Assembly (NCBI GenBank): GCA_001179505.1
Contig: CDMY01000560.1
Span: 1 to 51,812, forward strand
DNA length: 51,812 nt
Direction: 5' to 3'
DNA from: Vitrella brassicaformis CCMP3155
Taxonomy: Eukaryota > Protista > Chromerida
Below are positions 12,700-25,436 of the stretch, piece by piece. The position numbers were made by a program, and so were the translations under genes. The notes below the pieces were generated by a model. That model did not search any database. It was not told where the DNA came from and saw nothing but the letters and a program-made list of their open reading frames with translations. Each line of letters opens with the position of its first letter. Positions within the stretch are counted from its first letter, which is position 1.

Positions 12700-14895
12700 A
12701 TGGCGTCGTCTGCTGCCGTGCCACCGGGTCATCGTGACGGCACGGGTGCGAGCGAGAGCCCCACGTGCTGGATATGCTACTCGAATGACGAGGAGCATGA
12801 CCTCATCAGCCCGTGCGAGTGCAAGGGGTCCATCGGATGGGTGCATCAGGTCACACAACAACCACACACAGAAAAACCAGCACCGCAAAGGCACTCTTGG
12901 CATGCCCAGGTTTGTGTTTGTTTCCCTGCTTTCCTGCTTCTGTCTGTCACACAGGAGTGTCTGCGGAAGTGGTTGGCGTCGCGTCCGTTGTCGCGTCGAG
13001 AGTTTCGGTGTTCCAACTGCGGGCAGCACTACCGCTACACCATCACGCGCAAGGGCGGGCAGCCCATCCCATGGAAGCACGTGCTCTTCGAGGCCGACAG
13101 GGAGGTCGTCTGGGGCGTCATTCAGAGGGTCGCAGGTCGGTCAGCGATGGCGCACACAGACAGGAGAATGGTCCTCCCTCTCCCTCTCCCTCTGCACCAT
13201 CTTTTGTGTTTGTGTTCATTCAGGTTGCATCATCTTGGCGCTGGTTCACTTCCTCTACGTGGCGATAAAGGTGCATCTGTTCTCGTCCTTCTTCTGGGAG
13301 TACGTGTCGCGCGGCCCCGGGCCCCCCCTCACCCTGCGCATGACCCCCGACGGCATCTTCCACACCATCCCCGACCTCTACTCGCTCAACCTCCCACACT
13401 TCTGGACAACAGCACCCGCAGAACAGACCACTGGCCACGAGCGGCAGTCAGACAAGACGGTGCGGCCCCACAACAACAGGGGCTCGCCGCTGGTGTCGTC
13501 GCTGCTGGACGATGACGACCAGGCCGAGAGGGGGTATTGGAAAGGCGGTGCTGGGGGAGGCGGGTGGAGGAAGGATGTGGCCAAGAGTGGGGCCGGCGGG
13601 GCGGGGGATGACCTGCCGCATCCGTCGGGCGTGACTGAGAACTGGAGCAGGCTATACGTCGCTTTCCAGAATATACACTGGTCAGTCTCAGTCAGTGCTG
13701 ACTGCGAACAAAGTGCAGCACAGCCGTCTACTTGACAGATGGATCGATCATATCTGGTGCCTCCCTCCCTCCTTGTCTGTGTGTGCAGGTTTTTCTGTGT
13801 GTTGAATCTGTGGGGCTTCCTGCACTTCCACGAGATTCTGCAGCCGTCCATCCGCGACATCAGCAGAAGGCTGGAATCGCCACTCGGAGGTCACATCACA
13901 CAGACCCACACACCAGCCCGGCTGTGCACTCTCATTCGCGCCGGCACTTCCTTTCTTTGCAGGTCCTGGCTCATTGCTGGGCTCGATGGTTCTTCGGATC
14001 ATACAGATCAACCCACCCGTCTTAAGCAAGGTGAGAGGTGAACCACACCACACGCCAGCCAAACGGACTTGCGACCAAGCACAGCACACGGAGGAGGCCG
14101 GGCCGTGAGGTGGTTGTGTGTGTGGGGGGGATGTGATGTGATGTGTCAGTTGCGTTTGGTGTTGGTGATATGGATGAACAGCACCGCCACGGCCCAGCTG
14201 CGCTCATCCCTCAGCTACTTCGTCTACTCCATCTTCACCTCATACGTCGACATGGCCGCACAGGTACGTTCATACGCCCGCCATGCCAAGACACTCAGAC
14301 ACGCGAAACACACACACACACACCCCTATCCCTGCTCATGTCCTCCTTCATTCAGGCCGTGTTGGACATGGCCAGTCTGTCTTTTTGGTTGGCCGTGACG
14401 TACAAGGAGGCCATCCGGCTGAGGTACGACGTCCATCGCGTCTCCGCCATGCTCCTCGGCGACATTCATATCCTCTCGCGCACACCGCTTCCACCGCGCA
14501 GACCCCAGCTCACCGACAGCAACATGCTCCCACACCCACACCCACACCCACAAGCACCCCCACCCACCCATCAGGGAGCCGCTGCTGATGGGGTGCGGGA
14601 GAGGCGTCGAGCGGATAATGGGCCCAGTGAGGGTGTTGCGAGTGTGTCAGAGGAGCGGCATGACGGCGTGCATCGGCCTGATGCGTCCCCTTCCCCTCCT
14701 GCTGCCGTCGCGGCAGCTGCTGCTGCCCCTGCAGCACCGGCCCCTGTGCAAGCGGCGCCTGTGGCCAACATCAACAGGGGCTGGCGGGCCTTCCGTGCTC
14801 GGCTGCTGCCGTTGGGGAGGGGGCGGGGGAGGGGAGCGGCGCCGGCAAATGGCAATGCCGGTGGTGGTGGCGGAGACAGGGCGCAGCAAGGATGA
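12700..14895 (+). CDS. MARCH-type RING-CH (RINGv) membrane E3 ubiquitin ligase
   Basis: CWICY...LISPCECKGSIGWVHQ|ECLRKWL...CSNC is the C4HC3 RINGv signature. Several hydrophobic exons follow, then an Ala/Gly-rich tail. Confidence 0.85.
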
Positions 14896-15270
14896 TAGGG
14901 GCGGCGCATGTTGTATGGATGTGGTTCGACTTTCCACTGCCTGCCTGGCTTCTGGGTGGCTGGGCTGCTCGTGTGTGTAAGCAGTGTCTTGTATTGTGAC
15001 TGACCGACGTGAATCGATGTGAGTGAGTGAGATTGAAGAAAGATGGCCACCGAGTAAAAGTAAGGTCAACTGGGTGGGCGGATGGATGGATGGATAACTG
15101 GCCGTGTAAAGTGTTGGCTGTGCAGCTGGACAGTGATTGCATGGTCTGTATAGGAAGAACAGTGACTGCTTGATCGATCAACCTGACTGACTCTGACACA
15201 CTTACCTATGTCTTTGTCGCGCGCTGCCCACATACAGACAGAGCAGACTGACTGATTTCAATATCATTGC

Positions 15271-15384
15271 GGAATGACTGAAAAGATGTATAGCGTAATG
15301 ATGAATGTGTGTATGCATGCAATGGTGCGGGAATGACTGAAAAGATGTATAGCGTAATGATGAATGTGTGTATGCATGCAATGG
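15271..15384. repeat. Tandem duplication, two 55-bp copies with period 59
   Basis: GGAATGACTGAAAAGATGTATAGCGTAATGATGAATGTGTGTATGCATGCAATGG at 15271-15325 and 15330-15384. Confidence 0.9.
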
Positions 15385-15538
15385 AAGCGGAAGCGTCCAA
15401 GTGTCGTGGCGGGGACGACATACACAACAACATGTACAACAAAACACCACCACCGTGCCGCGCACCATACCATAACTTCGCACGCACACGTCGCGTCATC
15501 AAAAGAAAGACCTGTGAGAATGTCCGAATCTCCCGCCC

Positions 15539-15838
15539 NNNNNNNNNNNNNNNNNNNNNNNNNNNNNNNNNNNNNNNNNNNNNNNNNNNNNNNNNNNNNN
15601 NNNNNNNNNNNNNNNNNNNNNNNNNNNNNNNNNNNNNNNNNNNNNNNNNNNNNNNNNNNNNNNNNNNNNNNNNNNNNNNNNNNNNNNNNNNNNNNNNNNN
15701 NNNNNNNNNNNNNNNNNNNNNNNNNNNNNNNNNNNNNNNNNNNNNNNNNNNNNNNNNNNNNNNNNNNNNNNNNNNNNNNNNNNNNNNNNNNNNNNNNNNN
15801 NNNNNNNNNNNNNNNNNNNNNNNNNNNNNNNNNNNNNN
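15539..15838. other. Assembly gap (300 N)
   Basis: N run flanked by C-rich sequence. Confidence 1.
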
Positions 15839-16908
15839 CCCCCCCGCCCGCAGCGTTCCCTCTAGGATGAACCACGTGAGAGACTCTCACGTGTCCCGTC
15901 CGTTTCTGTACACAACCAAACACCAAATGCACCCCACTTAATGACATATCTAACGATACGGCGTACGCATCTTATGCTTATGCATACAGAACTCTCTACG
16001 TAACTCTTTACGTCGACTAAGTAACGAAATGCAATGCGTGTGTGGGGTGTCTGTCTGTCGCAAAAGAACTAAGTCGGGCTTGAGAAAGCTGCAGGTCGAA
16101 AATGGGCCTTCTGACTGGAATGACAGACTGGCCTGATTGTTCTCTCTCCTCTTCCTTGGCTACTCTCACCATCCGTCCGCTTCTGTGCCCATCAAATCAA
16201 AAGGCCACCAGCCGTGTGCTGTGCCACATAACCAACAAACATAACCAACATAACCGCGCACACAAACACATCACAAACACACCCTCGTCGTCGTTTGGTA
16301 AAAACGGGTAGTACTTACGCATAATAAAAAGCGGGAAGGAAAATTCCGCAGCTGCAGCTCAGCGGTCACTGATTCGATATGCCATCGATCTTCGTTCGTA
16401 TGCAATGCATCGACAGACTACATAGCTGCTGCCCTCCCTGCCCACCCACATACACATACATGCTTGAACACATAGATGTGTACACAACGATACGCAATCC
16501 ATACAGAGGCGAGTGAATCACGGCACGTGCGATAAACGCCCCTGAGAAATCTGCCTGTACAGCCATCCATCCATCCATCCATCCCATCTACTCGTCGCGC
16601 CAGCACAACGGGGGGGACGACGGAGAGAGAGAAGCGATGAAGCACCGCACCCGACAGACAGACAAACCAGACAGACCCCCAGGGCGCACATAACATCTTT
16701 CATGAACACGAAATGTCAGCTCAGATCAGTCGGTCGGTCAGTCAGTCAGTCAGCAGGAGAGAAATGACGGAAGGCAAGGACAGAGCAAAACGGCAGGCAG
16801 GCAGGCAGGCGCCAAAAGCAAAGCTAGGGGGGAGGGGCAGGGGGAGGGGGAGAAGCAAAAGCAAAAGGGGGTCTCACTCACTAACCGCCCGGCCGACCAG
16901 CCGGCCAT

Positions 16909-19900
16909 TTAGTGGTGGCTGCCCGACGAGTGGCCTGACGAGTGTCCCGACGAGTGGCCCGACGAGTATGTGGAGGTCTTCTTGCTGGGAGGCGTTGGGG
17001 TCTTGGTGGGCTCGGTGTAGTTCTTCTTGCCGGGCGGCGGGGTGGGCGTGTCGTAGCCCTTCTTGCCCGACGGTGGCGCGTAGGTCTTGCTGGGCGGCGG
17101 TTTGGTAGTCGTTGTGGGGGCCTGTGTGGACGTGGTAGTTGGTGTGGTTGTTGGTGTGGGTGTGGTGGTACTGGGCGCGTATGTCTTGCTGGGCGGCGGG
17201 GTGTAGCCCTTCTTGGGAGGGGGGGTGCCGTAGTCCTTCTTGTTTGGTGGCGCGGTGGGCGTGTCGTAGCCCTTCTTGCCGCCCGACGGTGGTGGTGCCG
17301 TAGCGGTGTCGTTCTTGGGCTGGTACTCTGTGCGGTACGTGGTCGTGGATGGCTTCTCCTCGATGTACAGGCACGTGTTGCCCTGCAGCTCGCCCTTCTG
17401 AATCATCAACGCAACGCATCACACGAATCACACGAGAAATGATGCGCTGATGCGTATTGAGCTCACAGCCCACCTTCGGGCAGCTGTAGGTCGGCGACTC
17501 CTGCAGACACACACACACAGACAGGACGAGAGAGAGAAAACACAAATGTGCTGTGACTGATATATCAGACTGTGTGCGTGTGCGTGAGTCTCCCTTACAT
17601 TGTAGGGCTTGACGCACTGGGTGCTCTTCCCGTGCGACCGCATGCGCTTCCTGCCGCCCTTTGACCCCCTCACCGCCGACCTCGTGTAGCCCTGCAAACA
17701 CAAACCACGCATCCCTGTGTGTCCGTCAGTCAGTCATCACCTGCCTGCTTTGTTTGCTTACGTCTGGGCACACCATCTCCATGGGCACCATGTTCTCCTT
17801 AGTGCAGGCGCCGTCTCTCATGACGTACCTGACACACAACACAAAAGCACACCACACACACACACACAGATGCCCTGCCGTCCCCGTCCCCCTCTCGCCC
17901 GTCCCGACCACCCCCTGACCCACCCGATGTCGCATTTGGTTGTCTTGGCGGTCTCCTTGACTGACACGCACTGCCCATCTGCCCCTGGCTCACCGTCGCC
18001 GGCGCACTTCTCGTCGTACGGGAGCGGCGTGACCTTGTAGCACTGGCTACCGCTGGGCGTGTAGTCATCCGGGCACGTGCACACCTTCTCAGCGTAGTCG
18101 ACCTTCTTGCACACGCCCTCCACCGCGCTGTAGCCATCAGGGCACTCAATGAGCCTGTCCCGCTCCTCGCGTGTGATGGTGTCGCGCGCCTGGCACTCGC
18201 CCTCGGCGGTGGGGCCCGTCATTCCCGGCTCGCACTCCAGGGTGGCGTCGCTGAAGGTTTCGTTGAGACAAGCGCCATCAACCAGCTGGGTGCCGCCCGG
18301 GCACACAGCCTCCTGTGGGAACACACCACACCACACAACACGGACCAGACGCAAGTGTTGGGGTGGGGTGTGTGTGTGGGTTGTGTTGTTTACCGGTCGG
18401 CCGAGGACTGAGCGTCTGACGCACTCGCCGTCCACCTCAATCGTACCATCGGGGCACCGCTGCTGCATCTGAATGAGAGAGGACATGGATGGAAGGAACG
18501 AATCAGTGCGAGCACAGTGGATGTGTGGGTGGGTGCTATGCTGCCTGGCTGGCTGGTTGGTAACTACTTACCGGTGTGGTTTCTCTCTTGGTGCACTTCA
18601 TAGCCGCACCTTCGCCCACCTCAATGAAGCCAGCAGGGCACTGCCAAACACCCAACAGACAGACACACGAGCGTCGCCCGTGGCCATCGGATCGAGCCAT
18701 GTCTGTCTGTCTGTCTGTCAGTCAGACAGTGAGTCACCTTGTACTGAGCTTCCTGAGAGGGGGGCTGGCAGTACTTGCCGCCCTTCTTGCCGGCGTCGAT
18801 GGGCTCGGAGCCGTCCTCGCAGGTGTAGGTGGGAGGCACATACTCTTTCTTACTGCACGTCTCGTTCCCTTTGGCACCCTCCTGCACACACACATCCAAT
18901 CCATGGCACATAGACAACATAAACCACGCCCTCTTGAGCCAGCTCAGCTGTGGAGACACCTTGTAGTATCCGGCCGGACAGGAGTAGTACCCAGCCTTGT
19001 AGTCGCAGGAAGGTGCGGCGGTTTTCTTGGCCCCTGAGGAGCCAGAGTGGCACTTCTCGCACATGTCGGTCTGGTTGGACGGGGTGTAGCCCTTGGGGCA
19101 CTGGAAGACCTTCTCGCCAGGCGTCACCACCAGGCAGCCGTGCTTGCCGTGGGTGGGCGGCGAACCGTCGGCGCAGACTGCCTGTGCAGGCTTCCTCTGA
19201 TGATTCATACAGACAAGACACACAGGAAGTGACGCAACAATTCTTCTGAGACTGACGTGCCAGATAGTGGTGTGGGTTGCTGTGGCCGACCTGCTGGCTG
19301 ACGCACTTGTCGTCCTTCAGGACGAGTGGGGGCGTGCAGACGGGTGCGGCTGGCCGCTCGATCTCCCTGACAGCTTCGGTGCCCGCGGGCCTGAAGCCTG
19401 TCGGTGCGAACAACTCGGGCTGCGCCAATGTTCGGTTGACGCACTCTTCGCCCTCCTGCATTGCATTCACACAGACATAGCACACACAAGCAGGTATGTG
19501 TCCACACAAACGCCGGCCGGATGGGATGAGCATGTCATGTGGTTCCCACCCACCACACCTACTGGCCCGGCCCACTCACCAGGACAGCTCCTTCAGGACA
19601 GACCTCTCTGACGGGCTGCATCTCCTTCCTGACGCACGAGCCGGCCTGGGTGGGCCCGACAAGGGGCGCGGCGCACACAGGCTCTGCACACACACACAAA
19701 GTCACTCAATCATTCATTCATACCTTTATTCGTTCAGCACTCAGACGTGAGTGTGTCTTGTGTGTGTGTGCGTTTGTGAGTGTGTGCGCTGGTCGTTACT
19801 TACCTGCGGGCTTGACTCTCTCTCTAATACAGCCGTCTGCAGTCTCCTGGTAGTCTGCCAGCAGGCGACACACATCCATCCATCCATCCATCCGAACAAC

Positions 19901-20932
19901 AATGAATAGGACCGTGTGTGCTGCTGACATACCGGGGGGGCAGGTCTGTGTCGGCTCGGCCACGTCCTCCTTGACGCACTTGCCGCTGCCCTTCTTGCCG
20001 CCAGTGGTAGTCTCGTTGTAGCCTGGCGGGCACTCACACCTGATCGTCGATCGATCGACCAACGAACGAGAGAGACCATACCATATAACCATTCTGCATG
20101 TGTCAGTGTGTGAGTGAGTGGACGGGCTCACTCGATGGGCACGTAGTCTGTCTTAGAGCATTCGGTGGCGTTGCCGTATTTCTTGCCCTTGTGGGGTGAG
20201 CTGCCTGGAGGGCAGCTCTTCGTGGGAGGGTACACATGAGTGTAGATGCACTTGTCGCCGGCCTCTTCATAGCCCTACACAAACAGAGCAGAGCAGAGCA
20301 GGTGGCTGCGCTGCGCCCGGGTCAGTCAGTCCAATCAGTCCAGTCACGTCACCTTGGGGCAATAGGACTTTGGTGCCACAGCCGTTGAGTTCTTGCAATA
20401 GCCCTTCACTACGTCATAGCCATCGGGGCACGACGGCACTGGGGGCTTGACGTCCATGTGGACGCATGTGCCGGACTGGAAGCTCGAACCCTTGGGGCAC
20501 GTGGGCTGAACGAACGAGGCAGGGAGGGAGGAAGGGAGGGACCACACACATGCAAGCAAACATATATAAGAGAGATCTCATGGTCTGTCTCGAACGAAGT
20601 TACCTTTGCGGGGGTCGTGCTGTTCTTGTAGCACGTGCCGTCAATGGGTCCTTCATAGCCTGCATATTCCAACCAGCCACACCACATGCGATTGGTCCAC
20701 CACTCCACCATATTCCAACCGATGATGGACAGCCCCTCCCCTCCCTCCCTGCCTGACCTTTCGGGCACGTCTCGACAGGGATCTGGACGGCCTCCTTTTT
20801 GGGCGGAGTGTAGCCCTTCTTGCTCGAGGGAGGGGGGGCAGAATAGCCCTTCTTGCTGGGCTCCGAGTAATGCGGTGCGGCGGACGCAATCGCCACCATG
20901 GCGACGAAGAAAGAGGCAATCACGCGCTGCAT
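16909..20932 (-). CDS. Secreted Cys-rich oocyst-wall-protein-like (COWP/OWP-type repeats) with Pro/Lys/Tyr-rich termini
   Basis: Signal peptide MQRVIASFFVAMVAIASA. Many C-P-x-G-[YF]-x(4-8)-C modules over multiple exons (CPKGY, CPDGY, CPPGY, CPAGY, CPDDY). The last exon is Pro/Thr/Lys/Tyr-rich and ends (SSGH)n H*. Confidence 0.8.
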
Positions 20933-21412
20933 GACTGCTGATGACAGCTGTGGCTGATTGATGAGATGAAAGGCGGCAGGCGGCCGGGAGTGGGTGAGTG
21001 AGTGAGACTCAAAAAGGAATGCTCGATACGTCGATGCGATGGAAAAGGTCCCTGCCTTCACGGAGCGACGGTGGCTCGAGCGCAGCGCCCTGCTGACTGA
21101 CTGACAGACGAGCTGACAAAATGCGATGGTATGAAGAGGACGAAAAAGGGAAAGGGCTGGGCAAGCGGTGGATCTTCGGCCAGCCAGTACAGTGTGCTCA
21201 GGCGAGAGCCGTACCTTCTCAGACCTGTAGGGTTTCGGCGAGTTTCGGCTCGCAAGCCATCGCGATCCCGAGCTCGCAGTGGAAAAGCGCGAGAAAGCCG
21301 CACTTCAACGACCGCAGGACGACGTCAACACAGTGGTGTGCTCTCACGAACGCGAATGCAAGGCGACTGACGCATTCTGTACTGTTTTCACCTATGTTGC
21401 CTTTTCCGCAGG

Positions 21413-22375
21413 ATGACGTGCAGCGCAGCTGCCACCCTGCGCGCGCTCAGGCTGCGGCTGTCGGCGGGCCTCGAGCGCAGTGGACTGGCAGACGTGATCC
21501 GCTTCGCTGATGACCTCGGCGGCCCATACGTAGCCCAGGCCATCTGGCTGGTGGAGAAGCAGCGTTGGGACGAGGTGGCCGATGCGCTGCGGCTGGCGGG
21601 GCAGCTTGGCTTCTGTCACCTGCCCCTGACTCTCAGACTGCAAGACCTGCAAGAATACACCAGCAAAGAGGTAAGCTGAGCACAAAACACAAACCGAGGG
21701 TGACGGGGCAAAAGGGGCCTGTGTGTCAGTCAGGCGTATTTGGCTGATGCGCGCGTCGTGGCTCAGTGGACCATTGTCGGTAGACACGTCTGGGGTGCAG
21801 GGTCCTTTGGGCTGTTCAGGCAAGGTGGTCTTGTCCGTATATTCAAGAACCTGCCCGGCTATGAGCTGACCCTCAGCCCTCCTCTCCCACCCTCCCACCC
21901 CTATCAGCAGCACATCGACCGAGATGACCCTCCCGTCGCGCACCAACTCTGCTTCAACGGCGTCGAGTGGGCGCCTGACACCAAGAATGACCTCTTCACT
22001 GAACCGTCTGTGTCGTCATTCATCATGGGCACCCTGCTGCAGACGGCAACGCACCGCATGACAGATGCGGGCGGCATTGTGGGGCGCCTCTTCAGAAGGT
22101 CAGAGGAGGAAGCAAGGGAGAGGACACTCACAGGCAGTCAACATGTTGGTTGTCCGTGCAGGAAGGCCGGGAAGCAGAGCCACAAGGTGGATGCTCTCCT
22201 CTCCCTGCTGGCCCATCCGCACCACGGCATCCCGTGGCTGGCGGGATGCACAGCCATCTGTGCGAGCCAGTGGCGCCAGGCGGCCTCCTGCGAGCTGCTC
22301 CTGACGCCATTCAACAGCCCCTTCGTCGCTTGGATCCGCATCTATCGGCTGGACTGTGACGCATGTACAAGCTGA
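21413..22375 (+). CDS. Lineage-specific (Vitrella-type expanded family) hypothetical protein
   Basis: ORFs 21413-21679 and 21740-22375 are joined by an intron (GTAAGC near 21671). Motifs such as IFKNLPGYELTL and FTEPSVSSFIMGTLL resemble a chromerid orphan family from recall. An acceptor just before the ATG suggests a possible upstream exon. Confidence 0.6.
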
Positions 22376-23168
22376 GTGGGTTGACGGGAAACGGGTTAAG
22401 TAATCATCAGTCGCGTCTTACCCTGTGGTGGTCTGGTGTTCCACTTGTCAGTGTTTGTGCACGTGATGACGACTGAGGCGCCGGCGGTCGACTACGGCAT
22501 CTTCAAGGAGTGCTTCCCACAGGCGACATCAATGGCACGCCCTGTGCTCAGTAGAGCCGCCCCTCTGCTGTTTGATAAAGTCCATCCGAAGGCTGGAAGT
22601 GTGCGCGGTGTGACGCATGGGATGGATGGGCGGGATGGATGGAGCGCACAGAGCACTTGTGTGTGTCTCTGTGTGCTCTGTGTGCTCTGTGCGTAGATGC
22701 GGGCGCCTGTTCTGCCTTTCCCGAGATCCACTTCTTCTACGAGTATTAAGCGTGTTTTAAGCGTGTTCTTGTATTTGTCCGCGTCTGCATGTCCATGCAA
22801 TGCCATGCGGAACAATTTTCGTGTCCATACACTTGTGTGGAGCATTCACCAAAGGATGATCATCTGACGCGCAAGAGCTCGCAATGGGTGCGTGAATTGA
22901 TGCTAACCCTGCCAAACACGCGGGAAGAAGAGCGCGGAAAGAACTGAGACGAGACGCCAAGCTGGCCAACGCCCCCGGGCTGGCCTTTTCCGCGCCCACA
23001 GGTTTTGGCGCCCACAGGTTTTGGCTTGGCGTCGCGGCGAGCCACCGATTAAGCTCTCTCTGTCATCGCGAGGGCTTTCGTTCAAATCAGTACAAAGTTC
23101 TTGCTCAGCTGTCCCCCGTCGATATCTGTCTGACCCCATCTATCTGACCCCCCCCCCCCCCCCCCCCC

Positions 23169-23468
23169 NNNNNNNNNNNNNNNNNNNNNNNNNNNNNNNN
23201 NNNNNNNNNNNNNNNNNNNNNNNNNNNNNNNNNNNNNNNNNNNNNNNNNNNNNNNNNNNNNNNNNNNNNNNNNNNNNNNNNNNNNNNNNNNNNNNNNNNN
23301 NNNNNNNNNNNNNNNNNNNNNNNNNNNNNNNNNNNNNNNNNNNNNNNNNNNNNNNNNNNNNNNNNNNNNNNNNNNNNNNNNNNNNNNNNNNNNNNNNNNN
23401 NNNNNNNNNNNNNNNNNNNNNNNNNNNNNNNNNNNNNNNNNNNNNNNNNNNNNNNNNNNNNNNNNNNN
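23169..23468. other. Assembly gap (300 N) preceded by a poly-C run
   Basis: N run; about 20 C immediately upstream. Confidence 1.
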
Positions 23469-23493
23469 CCCCTTCCCCCAACGCGCATTCAAG

Positions 23494-25436
23494 ATGCCCC
23501 CTCCCCTTCCCGCGGGCACAGAGATAGAGCTGCCGGCCCCTGCCAGCGGCAGACGTGAGGCGCTCGTCCTCGAGGTGGTCAAAGTGATAAAAGAGGGAGC
23601 TGACGGGGCGTGTGTGCTCCTGGCCGACCGGCGCGGGGACCTATACGTCGGCAAGGCCGCTCACTGTGCCGCCGGCGACGGCGCCATCGCCGCAGAGGGC
23701 GAGAAGCTGACGGCCATCTACGAGTCAGCCAAGAGCAAGGGCGAGGAGCCGCGTGTGCCCCGGGTCATGGGGGTCGCCGCACACGAGGTCGGTGGCGGAC
23801 GCACGATGAAGATTCTGGTCCTGGAGAAGCTTCAGTGCGACGCCACCGACTTCGTCAGGAAGTACGAGGCCACCATGAAGCGGCCTCTCTCGCTCACGGC
23901 CGCACTGCAGACGTACGTTGATATGGTAAGCACAACTGATCCGTTCACGAAAGGGAATGCATGCCATGCATGAATGAGTGGATGCAGGTCTGCAGCATCA
24001 AGCAGTTCCATGACGCGGGCATGGCCCACACGGATTTGAACAAGAACAACGTCATGTACACCGAGAGGGCACCCTTCGGCGTCAGACTCATCGACGCCAC
24101 GCGAGCGCTGTATCTGCACACGCAGCCTCTAGAGTGGATTTTCCTCGGCCGCAGGGCGACCATGCAGCGAGGAGCACCGGCCTACCAGGGCCACCACGCC
24201 TTCAGGGGCCGGCCAGAATGCGGCAGGTTGGCATAGAAAGGACCGACCAATTCATTGAGGGATTCTTCATTCGTGTCTTTCTTGATTTCTTTCAGGGGGG
24301 ATTTGAGTGCTGCGTTTCGCTGCTGCCTAGACATGGTCGCCACCAAGGCGCAGGGCGAGCCGGCGCCGAATGCCGCTTTCGCAGCGGTAAAGAGTGCGCA
24401 GAAGGCCAGCCCCCTGAACTGGGACTCGCCCGAAGTCGCCGCCGCGTGTGAGAGATACCTGTCCGTGAGGAAGAGGGTGGAAAAGAAGAAGATAGCGGAG
24501 ATCGCTGAGATGCTGCCCGGTGGGTGGGTGGGTGTATGGAATATATGCAATTGTATATATGTCGACTTTGACATTCATATGTCGACTTATTTATGTTGGG
24601 CTGATGTGATTGATGTGTGCAGAGGCCGTGTCTGCGGATGTGAAGGCTGAGTTAGAGTTTCTGTTGAAGTTCCTGAATGACCTACCCTTCTTCTGCACGC
24701 CCCTGCCGCCGGGCAGCAGGCTGTACGACGGCATCACAGAGGCCGTCACTGACATAATCTCCAGGTAAAGGACGAGAAAGGGACGGAGGGAGGGAAAAGG
24801 GAAATGAAAAGATGTCCGTCTGTGTGCCCTTGATCCATTCAGGATTCAGGAGGGCCCACAGACATACCACCAGGACAGCCTCGAGAAGGCTTTCCGCGAC
24901 GCCGTAAGCAGGACCACAGACAATTGACCAGAGACACATCCACACACGCGGCTTCCCCCTCTCTGATGCCTTTCCTCTCCTCCCATCTGTCTGTCTGTCT
25001 GTCTGTGTCTCAGGGCTTCGTGGTGCCCCAGCCGCCGCCCCCAAGCCCGCCAGCGCAAGAGCCCACAGACGAGGAGGAGAGCACTGGCGAAGGCGACGAG
25101 AGGGTGGGCAAACAAACCATCGAGAACCAGCGGAATATTTATCTGTCTTTCTGTCTGTCTATCTGTCTGTCTGTGTGGCTGCGTGTGTCTCCTCTCAATC
25201 AGGAGAGCGAGGGGCCTTCAGAGGCGTCGAGGAGCAGCGGCGGCAGCGAGGCCACGGAGGACACTTCGAGGGGCCGCAAACGCCGGAGGCCAAACGTCGA
25301 GGCCTGCCGGTATGACAAGAGCATCGGGCCCATCGAGGTCCTCCCCGACGTCGACGAGGAGGAACAAGTAGTGGATGGCACGTGGAGGAAGAGGCGGCAC
25401 ATGTCCCTGCCCAGCCACCTGCACTGGCCCGAGTAG
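23494..25436 (+). CDS. Divergent protein kinase-like protein, multi-exon
   Basis: G-loop-like IKEGADGACV, beta3 Lys in LYVGK, hinge ILVLEKL, catalytic loop HTDLNKNN, and VRLIDAT at the DFG position. The start lies 25 bp from a gap, so the N-terminus may be incomplete. Confidence 0.7.

Noticed and set aside
2049-15380. TGCATGCA (ApiAP2-type site) occurrences at 2049, 11122, 15314 and 15373
   Set aside because: They lie in 3' or intergenic regions rich in GCAT-like simple sequence, with no promoter enrichment shown.
15861-15893. Helitron 3' end (hairpin + CTAG) on the minus strand
   Set aside because: CTAG is followed by A rather than the expected T, and no Rep/helicase or 5' TC end is identifiable.
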